NCBI GenBank assembly: GCA_964291405.2
Contig: OZ219926.1
Span: 4,512,001 to 4,576,000, forward strand
Direction: 5' to 3'
Length of the DNA stretch: 64,000 nt
From: Thermodesulfobacteriota bacterium
GTDB lineage: Bacteria > Desulfobacterota > Binatia > Bin18
A program made the position numbers and the translations under genes. The notes beneath the pieces were generated by a model, which was not told the DNA's origin, did not search any database, and was given only the letters and a program-made list of their open reading frames with translations. Positions 20,438 through 30,434 of the stretch are shown here, piece after piece. The stretch's first letter is position 1; each line of letters opens with the position of its first letter.

Positions 20438-22185
20438 ATAGCCCAGGCGCACGGCTCGAAAAACGCTGGTACCTGCGGCCGGCTGACCCGAGGCGGACTC
20501 AAGACCTGATCGAGTCAACCCAGCCCGAACCCCTCTCTCCAGTTACGGCGCGGCTACTCGTCAACCGCGGTATTGATACGGCCGACAAGGCCGCTACATT
20601 TTTATCTCCTACCCTGCGTACGGGTCTCCGTTCGCCCATGCTCTTCCCTGATATGCGGCGCGCGACAGACCGTTTGCTCCACGCCCGCGAGCGAGGCGAA
20701 CGCGTGTGTATATGGGGAGACTATGACGTTGATGGGGTGACCGGAAGCTCTCAGCTCATCCTGTTCTTACGGGAAATCGGTATGGACCCGAGGCTGTACA
20801 TTCCCCATCGAACCCGTGAAGGATACGGACTGAACACGCCCGCTATTGAGCAACTGGCCGGTGAGGGCACGCGGGTCTTGGTGACGGCTGACTGCGGAGC
20901 AACCAGCCATCAGGAGATTACGCGGGCGCAGCAACTCGGTATCGATGTGATCGTATGTGATCACCATCACGTCCCGGAGGAAAAACTGCCAGCCTATGCG
21001 GTGCTGAACCCGATGGAAGCCGACTGTCCCTTTTCTTTTTCCGGGCTGTCCGGGGCAGGTGTTGCGTTTTATTTGCTTATGGGGTTGCGGATGCAGCTGC
21101 GCGAGCAGGGGGAGCAGCCCGTTCCCGACCTCCGGCGCTATTTGGATTTGGTCTGTCTGGGGACGGTGGCTGATCTTGTACCGTTGATTGAAGAAAATCG
21201 TGTGCTCGTCACTCACGGTCTGAGACACATCGCAACCAGCCAACGCCCTGGTATTCGTGCGCTGCGAGCGGTGAGCGGTGATGACGATGTGACGGCGAGC
21301 TATATCGGCTTTCGTCTCGGACCACGCATCAATGCCGGGGGGCGGCTGGCCGAGGCGCAGAAGGCAGTTGAGCTACTCACGACAACGGATACCGAACGCG
21401 CCCGGTTTCTGGCTGCTGAGCTGGATAAGGAAAATATCGCCCGCAAAGCTATTGAAGAAGAAATATTGCAACAGGCGCTCGCCCTGGCGCAAGCCCAGCT
21501 TGCACAGGGCCTGCGCTACAGCTTTGTCTTAGCCTCGCCAGAGTGGCATCCCGGGGTGATTGGCATTGTGGCGTCCCGCTTGGTCGAGCGCTTTGGCCGT
21601 CCGACCATCCTCATTGCGATTGACGGTGATACGGGGAAAGGGTCGGGACGGAGCCCCAAGACTTTCCACCTGTATAAAGGAATGCAGGCATGTGCCGAGC
21701 GCTTGGCTGGTTATGGCGGGCATCGCCAAGCCGCCGGGCTGTCGATCCGGGCAGCGTCAATAGCGACCTTTGCCGACGAGTTTGAGGCGGTTGTGCGCCA
21801 GCACCTGACCCCTGATGATCTTGTCCCCATTATCGAGTTTGACGCCGACCTTGATGTTGCGCTGGTCGGGCCGGAATTGCTCGATGAACTGCATCGTCTT
21901 CAGCCCTGTGGGCCGGGCAATCCAGAACCGGTGTTTCGGTCCTTGCAGACTGAAGTGGTCAGTACCCGTGTCGTCGGCGATCAGTCTCGTGGAAAGTCCG
22001 GACACCTCAAGCTCGTGCTGCGCTCTTCCCAAGGTGGACCGCCTGTTGATGCTATCGGGTTTGGGATGGGTGACCGTCCGATTGTTCCCCGCCAACAGGT
22101 TGATATACTCTACACGCCAACGCTGAACGTCTGGAATGGGCAGGCGAGTCTCCAGCTTCGCCTGCGCGATCTGAAAGTTCACTAA
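20434..22185 (+). CDS. recJ: Single-stranded DNA exonuclease RecJ
   Basis: GDYDVDG, EGYGL, DHH, PRINAGGRL, GSGRS, GGH..AAG; GTGA overlap with secF. Confidence 0.96.
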   Translation: MNSPGARLEKRWYLRPADPRRTQDLIESTQPEPLSPVTARLLVNRGIDTADKAATFLSPTLRTGLRSPMLFPDMRRATDRLLHARERGERVCIWGDYDVDGVTGSSQLILFLREIGMDPRLYIPHRTREGYGLNTPAIEQLAGEGTRVLVTADCGATSHQEITRAQQLGIDVIVCDHHHVPEEKLPAYAVLNPMEADCPFSFSGLSGAGVAFYLLMGLRMQLREQGEQPVPDLRRYLDLVCLGTVADLVPLIEENRVLVTHGLRHIATSQRPGIRALRAVSGDDDVTASYIGFRLGPRINAGGRLAEAQKAVELLTTTDTERARFLAAELDKENIARKAIEEEILQQALALAQAQLAQGLRYSFVLASPEWHPGVIGIVASRLVERFGRPTILIAIDGDTGKGSGRSPKTFHLYKGMQACAERLAGYGGHRQAAGLSIRAASIATFADEFEAVVRQHLTPDDLVPIIEFDADLDVALVGPELLDELHRLQPCGPGNPEPVFRSLQTEVVSTRVVGDQSRGKSGHLKLVLRSSQGGPPVDAIGFGMGDRPIVPRQQVDILYTPTLNVWNGQASLQLRLRDLKVH

Positions 22186-22206
22186 CCCTGCGAAATTACA
22201 CGGACA

Positions 22207-22235
22207 TTGACGATTAAAGGGGGGTGTGGTATACC
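22207..22235 (+). promoter_or_regulatory. Putative sigma70 promoter
   Basis: TTGACG-17 nt-TATACC with an extended TG, upstream of the HTH gene. Confidence 0.55.
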
Positions 22236-22273
22236 CCAGCCACCAATCTGAGTCACGCGGGAAATAGAGAGCT

Positions 22274-22465
22274 GTGGAAGAAAAAGAAGAAGTGCTGCTC
22301 AATAGCCGCCAGGTAGCCGCGCTCCTTGAGCTGAGCCCGGATACGGTCAACGAGCTTGCCCGGAAGAACATACTCCCAGGTGTCAAACGGGGGAGGCAGT
22401 GGCGGTTTCGTCGGCAGGACATCACGCTTTTTAAGAAACAGCAGCAAAAGCAGGAAGCCGCCTAG
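22274..22465 (+). CDS. Excisionase-like helix-turn-helix (HTH_17) protein
   Basis: LLNSRQVAALLELSPDTVNELARKNILPGVKRGRQWRF. Confidence 0.85.
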   Translation: MEEKEEVLLNSRQVAALLELSPDTVNELARKNILPGVKRGRQWRFRRQDITLFKKQQQKQEAA

Positions 22466-22485
22466 ACTTTGAGGGAGGATAGCGG

Positions 22486-23199
22486 GTGCTGGCTACACAG
22501 AATGAGCGGGATACCCGGCACGCTCACGAGAGTAAGATTTACTCCGAGTTTTCCCATCTCTACGATAAGATCTTCGCTCGTTTTTTTACCGACCGTATCT
22601 CCGCGGTCATCCAGGGTCTCAACATTCAGCCTCACGACAGTGTGCTCGAAGTGGGAGTCGGAACTGGCCTGTCCATGGAGGCCTACCCGCCCCACTGTCA
22701 GGTGACCGGGGTAGACCTTGCTCCCGACATGTTAGAGCGTGCCCAGCAACGGGCGGACGAGAACCAGTGGCACCATTTTCACCTGCTGACGATGGACGCC
22801 ATGAGCCTCGACTTTCCGGACAATTCTTTTGACTATGTGACCTCGTTTCACGTCATTAGTGTCGTGCCTGACCCCGTACGGATGATGCGCGAAATCCACC
22901 GGGTCTGTAAGCCGGGCGGAAAAATCGCCATCATCAACCATTTCCGATCGACCAAGCCGATTATTGGCGCCCTTATTGGCGCCCTCGACCCTCTCACCAG
23001 ACGGCTGGGCTGGAGCGCTGCACTGCGTCTGAAACAAGCCTTTGACGATGTTCCTATCCGCATTGAGAAGCGGTATAAAACCCACCCGATGTCCTTGTTT
23101 ACCGTGGTGCTGGCCGAAAATCTGAAGAATGGTGTTGCCCCGGAAAACAGTCCGGACAGGCAACTTGGCGCCGACCGGAACGGTATCCATCTCACGTAA
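22486..23199 (+). CDS. Class I SAM methyltransferase, phospholipid N-methyltransferase (PmtA)-like
   Basis: VLEVGVGTG, GVDL..DML, SVVPDP, CKPGG.I.IINHF. Confidence 0.8.
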   Translation: MLATQNERDTRHAHESKIYSEFSHLYDKIFARFFTDRISAVIQGLNIQPHDSVLEVGVGTGLSMEAYPPHCQVTGVDLAPDMLERAQQRADENQWHHFHLLTMDAMSLDFPDNSFDYVTSFHVISVVPDPVRMMREIHRVCKPGGKIAIINHFRSTKPIIGALIGALDPLTRRLGWSAALRLKQAFDDVPIRIEKRYKTHPMSLFTVVLAENLKNGVAPENSPDRQLGADRNGIHLT

Positions 23200-23257
23200 T
23201 TATACCCCCCAAGCCTGTCCCTGGCTGACCGGAACACGGTTTCCCTCGACTGTGATA

Positions 23258-23971
23258 TTAGAAATTTGCCGGTCTGCCCACCGCAGCCAAGAGCAGATGG
23301 GGGAAATCCACGGTCATGCCATCAACTCCGGCGTCAATGGCCGCACGCATCATATCGGGGTCTTTGATGCCCCACGCCCGGACCTCGAGGCCCGCGGCTT
23401 TCCAGGCCGTGACCATCTCACGCGAAAGAAATGGGGCCGGCGGACAGATTTGATCAAACCCGGCGTCCAGCACGCGCTGGGTGGTTTCCGGTTTGGCATC
23501 GATCGTCAGCTGGCCGACTTTCGCCGTGGGCGCATGGGTCTTGAGATTGTGGACAATGGAAAAGAAAAACGACGAGAAGGTGACCTGGGCCAGCAACTCC
23601 ATTTCGCGGACCATGTCGAGCACCCGGAGCTCTATGCCGCGCTGCTTGACTTCGAGCACGAGGTGGGTCCGTTTGCCGTAATGCGCGAGCGTCTCTCGGA
23701 GTAAGGGGACCCGCGCGCCAGCATAGTCTTCGCTAAACCAGGAGCCAGCATCGAACTCCTTCACGACTGACCAGGGGGTATCGTGCACAACCCCCGACCC
23801 ATTGGTCGTCCGGCTCAGATTTTTGTCATGAATGAGGACCAGCTCACCGTCGCTGGTGGAATGCACGTCAGTTTCGATTGCGTCCACGCCGATCGACAGT
23901 GCTCGGTCGAAGCTGGCCCAGGTGTTCTCCGGAGCGAGCGCCGCCGCGCCGCGATGTCCAATCACTTGCAT
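23258..23971 (-). CDS. Glycerophosphodiester phosphodiesterase
   Basis: IGHRGA...APENT, ETDVH, HD..L.RTTNG. Confidence 0.93.
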   Translation of the reverse strand: MQVIGHRGAAALAPENTWASFDRALSIGVDAIETDVHSTSDGELVLIHDKNLSRTTNGSGVVHDTPWSVVKEFDAGSWFSEDYAGARVPLLRETLAHYGKRTHLVLEVKQRGIELRVLDMVREMELLAQVTFSSFFFSIVHNLKTHAPTAKVGQLTIDAKPETTQRVLDAGFDQICPPAPFLSREMVTAWKAAGLEVRAWGIKDPDMMRAAIDAGVDGMTVDFPHLLLAAVGRPANF

Positions 23972-24012
23972 GAGAAAAACCGCCGCCCGGACAAATCCCC
24001 GCTCCCCGCGCC

Positions 24013-25257
24013 TTAATTTAACTCCTGACTCGAATAGCCCAAAATGCGGCGCGCAATAATGAGCAAGTTGATCTGCTGGGTCCCCTCATAAATATCGCTG
24101 ATCTTGGCGTCCCGCATCCATTTTTCGAGCAGGGTTTTGCGCGAATAACCCAACGGGCCAAGCAGTTCGACCGCCTTCTGCGTGACCTGAGTCACCATAC
24201 TGCCGGCTTTGGCTTTGGCCATAGAGGCTTCGAGATTATTCTGGATACCCTGATCGAGCATCCAGGCCGCCCGCCACGTCAACAGCCGCGCGGCCTGGAG
24301 ATTGGCCTCCATATCCATAAAGTCCCGCTCAAGCGTGGTCAGCTTTGTCGGCGGGGTGGCGTAACGAATGGTGATGCCTTCTGCCGCAAACATCTCGCGG
24401 ACATAATCCACCGCGGCCCGCGCCACACCAAGCGCGCTTGCCGCAACCAGCGGCCGGGTGGCGTCAAACGTGGCCATGACCCCCTTAAAACCCGTGGTCG
24501 ATTGCTTGACCTCTGCCTTGCCGAGAATATTATCGAGCGGAATCCGGCAGTCTTCAAAGACGAGCATGGCCGTGTCTGAGGCGCGGATACCCATTTTGTC
24601 TTCCACTTTGGCGACCGTCATGCCAGGGGTGTGGTGATCCACCACAAAGGCTTTGATGCCCGCACGTCCGGCCGACTTATCCACCGTGGCCCAGACAACC
24701 ACAAAGCCCTCTGATTTTTCGGCAGCCATGAGCCCGCTGGTGCAAAAGATCTTGGTGCCATTGAGAACCCACTGATCCCCGTCCTGCACCGCGGTCGTGG
24801 TGAGCGCGGCCGAGTCCGAACCACAGCCCGGCTCGGTAATCGCCATGGCGCCCCATTTTGGTTCCCCGTCACGGAAGCGAGAGAGAAAGCGCTCTTTCTG
24901 CTCGGGAGTTCCGGCCGCCGCAACCGCGGCACCGCCGAGCCCCGGATGGGGAATGCTGAGATACAGACCGACATCGCCCCACGATAATTCTTCAACCAGG
25001 ACTGCCGAACGGACGGTGCGTTCCGAGGGGCGTCGTTCGACACTCTCCGCCTTCCCGTTCGCCCCCTTTTTTTGTTTGCTATCCCCGAAGCTGATCATAT
25101 TTTTGGAGGCACCCCACATCATGTTCAGCCATTCCGTCGGCTTTTCATGCTCGCGTTCGTCGTACTCGCGCGAGATCGGGCGCATGGTCCCATCTGCAAC
25201 GGCGTGGATCATGTCGCGGTTTTTTTCAACTGCCGGGGAAAGGGAGAAGTCAATCAT
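24013..25257 (-). CDS. Acyl-CoA dehydrogenase (FadE23-like)
   Basis: AMAITEPG.GSD, LNGTKIF, KMGIRAS, EKWMRDAKISDIYEGTQQI. Confidence 0.93.
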   Translation of the reverse strand: MIDFSLSPAVEKNRDMIHAVADGTMRPISREYDEREHEKPTEWLNMMWGASKNMISFGDSKQKKGANGKAESVERRPSERTVRSAVLVEELSWGDVGLYLSIPHPGLGGAAVAAAGTPEQKERFLSRFRDGEPKWGAMAITEPGCGSDSAALTTTAVQDGDQWVLNGTKIFCTSGLMAAEKSEGFVVVWATVDKSAGRAGIKAFVVDHHTPGMTVAKVEDKMGIRASDTAMLVFEDCRIPLDNILGKAEVKQSTTGFKGVMATFDATRPLVAASALGVARAAVDYVREMFAAEGITIRYATPPTKLTTLERDFMDMEANLQAARLLTWRAAWMLDQGIQNNLEASMAKAKAGSMVTQVTQKAVELLGPLGYSRKTLLEKWMRDAKISDIYEGTQQINLLIIARRILGYSSQELN

Positions 25258-25297
25258 GGTCTGCCTCCAGTTTGGGTCTGTTGGGTCTGTTGGGTCG

Positions 25298-26380
25298 TTA
25301 GATCATGGCCAGTCCCTCAAACGTCGCAAATCCGCGCCCGTTCCGGAGCCAGAGTTCAACCGGATGGTCCCGAATATAGCCATGTCCGCCCAGGGTTTGG
25401 ACGGCATTATCCGTTACTTTGAGGACCATAGTGGCCGCGTAATTCTTGGCCAGACACGCTTCGCGCGTTGCGTCTGCGCCGGTGTCGATTCTCCAGGCCG
25501 CCTCCCAGACGAGGAGGCGGGCCGCGTCGATTTCCATGGCCATCTCGGCCAACATAAAAGCGATGGCCTGTTTCTGGGCAATGGCCGTACCAAAGGCTTT
25601 CCGCTCCTTGGCATACTCCCGCGCATACTCATAGGCGGCTCTGGCTACGCCAACGGCCATGGCCGAGAGAGCGACTCGCGAGCGGTTCAACACGGGCTGG
25701 ATATCGCCTTGCAGTTGTGAGGAAGCAGGAACGCGGCAATTGTCCAGACTCAACTCATACGTAGCCACCGCTTTGAGGCCCATATTTTTCTCCCGTTCGC
25801 CTATGGTCAGGCCCGGCGTATCCTGAGGGAGAAGAAAGACGGTGATACCACTGTCTCCCCTGGCATAGACCAGGAGATAGGCCGCCTCGGCGGCAAGCGG
25901 CACAAAGCACTTGGTACCGTTCAGTACAAACTCGCCGTTGTGTTGCTCGGCTGCTGTAGTGAGTTCATGGAGGTCAAAGCCGAAGCGCGGCTCCATAACT
26001 GCGGCCGTGCCGGCTGTGAAATGGGGGCCGACATAACAGCTGAGAATCTGCGCCTTTTGCTCGTGTGTCCCTAGTGCCATGACCGGATAGGTCACCAGTT
26101 GGGGCGAGAGAATATGGAGCGCCAGAGAGAGGTCGCCCCAGGCCAACTCTTCACAAATAAGTGATCCTGTGACCGCCGAAGACTCTGCGCCAACACCACC
26201 GTACGCCTCGGGAATCGTGCTTTGCACCAGGCCGAGTTCCCAGGCCTGCTGGACCACGGAGGCGGGGCATAAGCCATTCTCGTCTGCATCATGGGCAAGC
26301 GGGCGGAGCTGTTCACGGGCAAACTCCGCAACCGTGTCTCGAATCAGTTGTTGTTCGTCGTCGGGTTGAAAACCAAGCAT
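25298..26380 (-). CDS. Acyl-CoA dehydrogenase family protein (FadE24-like partner)
   Basis: LNGTKCFVP, ER.AFG.AI...QAIAF, GGHGYIRDHPVELW.R. Confidence 0.9.
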   Translation of the reverse strand: MLGFQPDDEQQLIRDTVAEFAREQLRPLAHDADENGLCPASVVQQAWELGLVQSTIPEAYGGVGAESSAVTGSLICEELAWGDLSLALHILSPQLVTYPVMALGTHEQKAQILSCYVGPHFTAGTAAVMEPRFGFDLHELTTAAEQHNGEFVLNGTKCFVPLAAEAAYLLVYARGDSGITVFLLPQDTPGLTIGEREKNMGLKAVATYELSLDNCRVPASSQLQGDIQPVLNRSRVALSAMAVGVARAAYEYAREYAKERKAFGTAIAQKQAIAFMLAEMAMEIDAARLLVWEAAWRIDTGADATREACLAKNYAATMVLKVTDNAVQTLGGHGYIRDHPVELWLRNGRGFATFEGLAMI

Positions 26381-26514
26381 ACCAGCCGTCTCCTTGTGAT
26401 TCCTGTCCCTGCGCCGTCCCTAGCTTAGCATAAAAAGGGAGAATTGAACCTTGACTCTCATATGCGCAAGTGGGATGTTGACACATCAACTTTATTCCAC
26501 AGGGAGGGAAGACT

Positions 26515-27204
26515 ATGGGCTTACCGAATGGCGTGCATCATCTGGCGATTTGCACCAAGGACATGAAGGAGCAGATTGAGTTTTTTACTCAAGTCGTCGG
26601 TATGGAGCTGGTTGCGCTGTACTGGATGCATGGCGTGAAGAATACCTATCACGGCTTTGTCCGTCTGGGCGACAGCTCGTCCATTGCCTTTGTCCAAGGC
26701 CCGGAGAGCGGCGAGATTCAACCCCAAACCGGAGTCTCTCATGCGAGTTGGACCGCGGGCCTGGTCGCGCCTGGTGCCATGCAACATCTGGCGCTCAATG
26801 TAGACACGGAAGAAGATTTGCTGACTATGCGAGATCGCGTCCGCTCGCACGGGCACTGGGTCATGGGACCGTTGGATCATGGTTTTTGCAAGTCCATTTA
26901 TTTTGCCGGACCAGAGGGCATGATGCTCGAATTCTCGACTTCCGAGGGCGAGACGATTGATGCCGAAGCCTGGATCGATCCCGAAGTGGTGAAACTCAAC
27001 GGCATCAGTCTGGAAGAGCTGGAACAGTATAAAAATCCTCCGGTATTCGAGTCTCAAGGGGGCGCAGTCCAAAACCCCGAGGTGGATTTGAATGACCCCC
27101 CGATGCAGTTTCCGCCGGGCCAAGAGGTGGTCTATTCAATGTCGGATAAGGACGTGACTGAGAAGTTGAGCGAGACGACACCGCCCGTCCAACCAAATCA
27201 CTGA
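26515..27204 (+). CDS. VOC (glyoxalase-like) family protein
   Basis: GVHHLAI, MQHLALNV, DHGFCKSIYF..PEG..LE. Confidence 0.88.
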   Translation: MGLPNGVHHLAICTKDMKEQIEFFTQVVGMELVALYWMHGVKNTYHGFVRLGDSSSIAFVQGPESGEIQPQTGVSHASWTAGLVAPGAMQHLALNVDTEEDLLTMRDRVRSHGHWVMGPLDHGFCKSIYFAGPEGMMLEFSTSEGETIDAEAWIDPEVVKLNGISLEELEQYKNPPVFESQGGAVQNPEVDLNDPPMQFPPGQEVVYSMSDKDVTEKLSETTPPVQPNH

Positions 27205-27226
27205 CGACGCGACCGCAGGAGGGGAT

Positions 27227-27906
27227 ATGGCCGTACAGCACGAGGGCTCGCCATCACGGCTGATTGCCGTCAATGATTTTGCCTGGCAGGAATTGATGCC
27301 GGGCGTACAGGCCCGCAACCTATGGGTTGACGAAAAAACGAACCGGCGGGCGCTTATGACGCGGATCACGCCCGGCCTGCAAATGCCCACCCACAAGCAT
27401 GTGGGCGATGAGTTGGTCTATCTCATCGAAGGGACACTGTCGGACGAGTTTGGCACGATCACCGCGGGTAATATGGGTTATCGGCCTGACGGGTGCGTCC
27501 ACAGCGTATCGAGCAGCACTGGGGCCACCGCCATTGCGATTATCACCGGTGGGGTAGAGCCCGCGACCGAACGAGGGGATACCCCACCATCCCAGATCTT
27601 TTCGCTGAGTGGGCTGGAATGGGTTGAAGCGCGGCCGGGTATCCGCCTGAAATCTATTTGGGAAGATCAGGCGGCCGGGCGGCGGGCCGTGCTCGCGCGC
27701 TTTGAGCCGGACTCGGTGCTGCCCTTGCATCGCCATAACGGGGATGAACTCATTTTGTAATCGAAGGGGAAAACGAGGATGAGTCCGGTCCGGTGTCAAC
27801 CGGCAATATGAGCTATCGACCCAACGGCTGTACCCACACCGTCACCAGCAAAAACGGGGCGACGGCCCTGAATTTTGTTTGGGGCGGAGCAGAGATGATT
27901 GAGTAG
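27227..27906 (+). pseudogene. Tandem ChrR-like bicupin with a frameshift (or sequencing indel) near 27755
   Basis: ORF stops at 27760; adding one T to the T4 run gives DELIFVIEGENEDESGPVSTGNMSYRPNGCTHTVTSKNGATALNFVWGGAEMIE*, which mirrors the first cupin. Confidence 0.8.
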
Positions 27907-27975
27907 ACATCCGTAGCAAAAAATATCAACCTGGCTGTTTGCCGGGCTGTACGGCTGCCAGAGTCGCCAGCCCGG

Positions 27976-29511
27976 CTATAAATCGTCCGCCTCACCCGTT
28001 CGCCCCAAGACCCATACCAGCGCGGCACCCAGGCCAACCCCCAGAGGGAGTAGAACAAGGGGTGGAACGCCAAAACCGGCTGGCAGATAGCCCAGACACA
28101 GCGAGACCGCTCCAACCGTGAGCGCGTATGGTAACTGCGTCCGTACATGAGTGATGACCTCGACCCCGCTGGCCGTAGCGGACAATATCGTCGTGTCTGA
28201 AATCGGTGAGATATGGTCGCCAAAGCAGGCGCCGGCGAGGACCGCCCCAACCGTGGCCAGGACCGGAGGGCCGGCCGTTCCACCTGCAAGGGAGACGGCC
28301 AGGGGAACGACCAGCGGAATGAGAATGGCCATCGTACTAAACGAGCTTCCGGTTGCAAAGGAGACCGCCGCTGCCACCAGAAATGTCAGCGCGGGCAGGC
28401 TCCACGTGGTCACGCTATCGGTGAGTAAATTGGTCAGGGCATGAGCCGTGCCTATGGTTTCGAGAGCCGACCCTAATCCCCAGGCCAGATACAGAATCAC
28501 CAGCGCGCCAAAAATACGCCGCATGCCGCTCCAACTCGCTCGGAGTGTTCCTGGGAGCGTGAGGGTGTGGCTGGATAAGGACAGCACGACGGCAACGACA
28601 AAAGCAACGCCGGCACCCAATACCATAGACCGATAGGCGTTAGCCGCCCCCATAATCGAGAGGAGCGTGGGATTGGCCGGACCATTCGCTCCTGCACTGG
28701 CTCGGCCGTCCACGTATAGACAGATCAAAGTCGCCAACAGGAGGCTCAGAATAGGGCCTGCCGCCAACCACGCAGACTGAGCGGGCTCGGGCGTATTGTT
28801 CTGCTCGACAGTGAGCGTCGCGGCTCGCGTTTTATGTTCCAGACGGGCCATGGGCCCAAAGTCTCGGCCCGACAGGGCAACCGCGCCAACAAAAGCCAAA
28901 GAATAAATACTGTAAAAACGAAACGGCAGGGTGCTTACAAAGAAGACTAAGAGACCTCCGGCAAGCGGAACACCGTCGAGCGCGTCGGCGAGTAGTCCCA
29001 ACTCGTAGCCGATCCAGGTTGAGATAACGGCAAACGAAGCAACCGGCGCCGCGGTTGAATCTACAATATAGGCGAGCTTGGCGTGCGAAAGCTTGTGGCG
29101 ATCGTAGAGGGGTCGAAAGGTGGTGCCGACCATGAGGCAGTTGGCGTAATCGTCAAAAAAGACGAACAGACCGGCCAACCAACTAGCAGCCATAGCGCTC
29201 CGTGGGCCACGAACGATCCGTTCCGCCTTGCGGACAAGCGCGATGGTTCCACCATTGCGCTCAATGACCGCGACCATGCCGGCAACGAGGAGGGAAAAAC
29301 TCGTAATGAGAATATTGTCGGTATCAAGCGCCACGTGGAAAAGGAAACTAGCCGTTCGTGTGGCCGCGGCCAGGGGGTCGAGCTGGGTGGCGAGGAGCGC
29401 GCCGAACCCCAGGCCGATGCTCAATGAGAGGCGAACCCGTTGGGTGACAATCGCCAGGCCAATAGTGACCAGCGGAGGGAGGAGGGTAAGGGGTGAGCCA
29501 TACCATTCCAT
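27976..29511 (-). CDS. Na+/H+ antiporter NhaC family transporter
   Basis: FFDDYANCL, KLAYIVDSTAAP, GDHISPISDTTILS, HVRTQLPYA; many TM helices. Confidence 0.9.
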   Translation of the reverse strand: MEWYGSPLTLLPPLVTIGLAIVTQRVRLSLSIGLGFGALLATQLDPLAAATRTASFLFHVALDTDNILITSFSLLVAGMVAVIERNGGTIALVRKAERIVRGPRSAMAASWLAGLFVFFDDYANCLMVGTTFRPLYDRHKLSHAKLAYIVDSTAAPVASFAVISTWIGYELGLLADALDGVPLAGGLLVFFVSTLPFRFYSIYSLAFVGAVALSGRDFGPMARLEHKTRAATLTVEQNNTPEPAQSAWLAAGPILSLLLATLICLYVDGRASAGANGPANPTLLSIMGAANAYRSMVLGAGVAFVVAVVLSLSSHTLTLPGTLRASWSGMRRIFGALVILYLAWGLGSALETIGTAHALTNLLTDSVTTWSLPALTFLVAAAVSFATGSSFSTMAILIPLVVPLAVSLAGGTAGPPVLATVGAVLAGACFGDHISPISDTTILSATASGVEVITHVRTQLPYALTVGAVSLCLGYLPAGFGVPPLVLLPLGVGLGAALVWVLGRTGEADDL

Positions 29512-29532
29512 GGGGTATGAACACCGCGGTGC

Positions 29533-30273
29533 CTACAAGCCCAGGCTCATGCCTCCATCAGCGATCAGCATCTGGCCGGTGAGATACGACGCCAGCGGCG
29601 AGGCAAGAAACAACGCAATTCCGCCCATGTCTTCCGGTGTCCCCCAGCGTTTCATGGGAATAGAGTCGAGCGAATCCTGATAACGGCGCGGATGACCCCA
29701 GGTGACCTTGGTGATTTTGGTAGCAATCAACCCTGGGGCGATACCGTTCACCCGGATGCCGTCCCCGGCCCAGGCCTCGGCCAGGGTTTTGGTCAGGGTG
29801 ACGAGCGCACCCTTGCTGGCGCTATACGCGGGATTCCCAAGCACAGAGAAAAAGCTCGCTCCCGAGCCGAGCATAATGATGCTGCCCTGTGTTTTGGCCA
29901 GCATGGGCTGGAACTTGGTGCAACTACTCATGACGCTCATGAGGTTGACGTCCAGTACTCGCCTGAAGGTTGGCATCTGAAACTCGGCCCGCTTATACTC
30001 GACAATACCCTGTGAGACGACCAGCACATCGAGGGAGTCAAAGGGCGGTTGCAGGGCTTCGACCTTGCTATCGCTAGACACGTCCCATTGGAAATAATCT
30101 AGGCCGTCCAGTTCGGAGCCTTCTTCGTCTACGTAATCTGCCGCACTTGCACGGGTGCCGGAGACAAAAACCTGCCCGCCGTGGTCGCGGAAACGGCGGG
30201 CTATGCCGTTTCCTATCCCGCTCGACCCGCCGATGACCAGAACCGTTTTATCGCTGAAATCGATTTCATTCAT
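29533..30273 (-). CDS. SDR family oxidoreductase
   Basis: GGSSGIG, YSASK, RVNGIAPG. Confidence 0.9.
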   Translation of the reverse strand: MNEIDFSDKTVLVIGGSSGIGNGIARRFRDHGGQVFVSGTRASAADYVDEEGSELDGLDYFQWDVSSDSKVEALQPPFDSLDVLVVSQGIVEYKRAEFQMPTFRRVLDVNLMSVMSSCTKFQPMLAKTQGSIIMLGSGASFFSVLGNPAYSASKGALVTLTKTLAEAWAGDGIRVNGIAPGLIATKITKVTWGHPRRYQDSLDSIPMKRWGTPEDMGGIALFLASPLASYLTGQMLIADGGMSLGL

Positions 30274-30434
30274 GGCTGACTGCCCCTCTTCCGAAGATTG
30301 CCCGTCTTGAGCGAAGCCAGCCTACTGTACCGAGTGTCACCTGGCTGAGAAAGGGCAGGGAGGGACACGGGCGGCTTGCATCTCGGCGCGGGGACAGGCA
30401 TGTAAGAAGGCACAACTAGAGTAAGGAGGGAGCT

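Noticed and set aside
22274-22465. Excisionase-like gene as a prophage/ICE marker
   Set aside because: No integrase, att site or phage genes nearby
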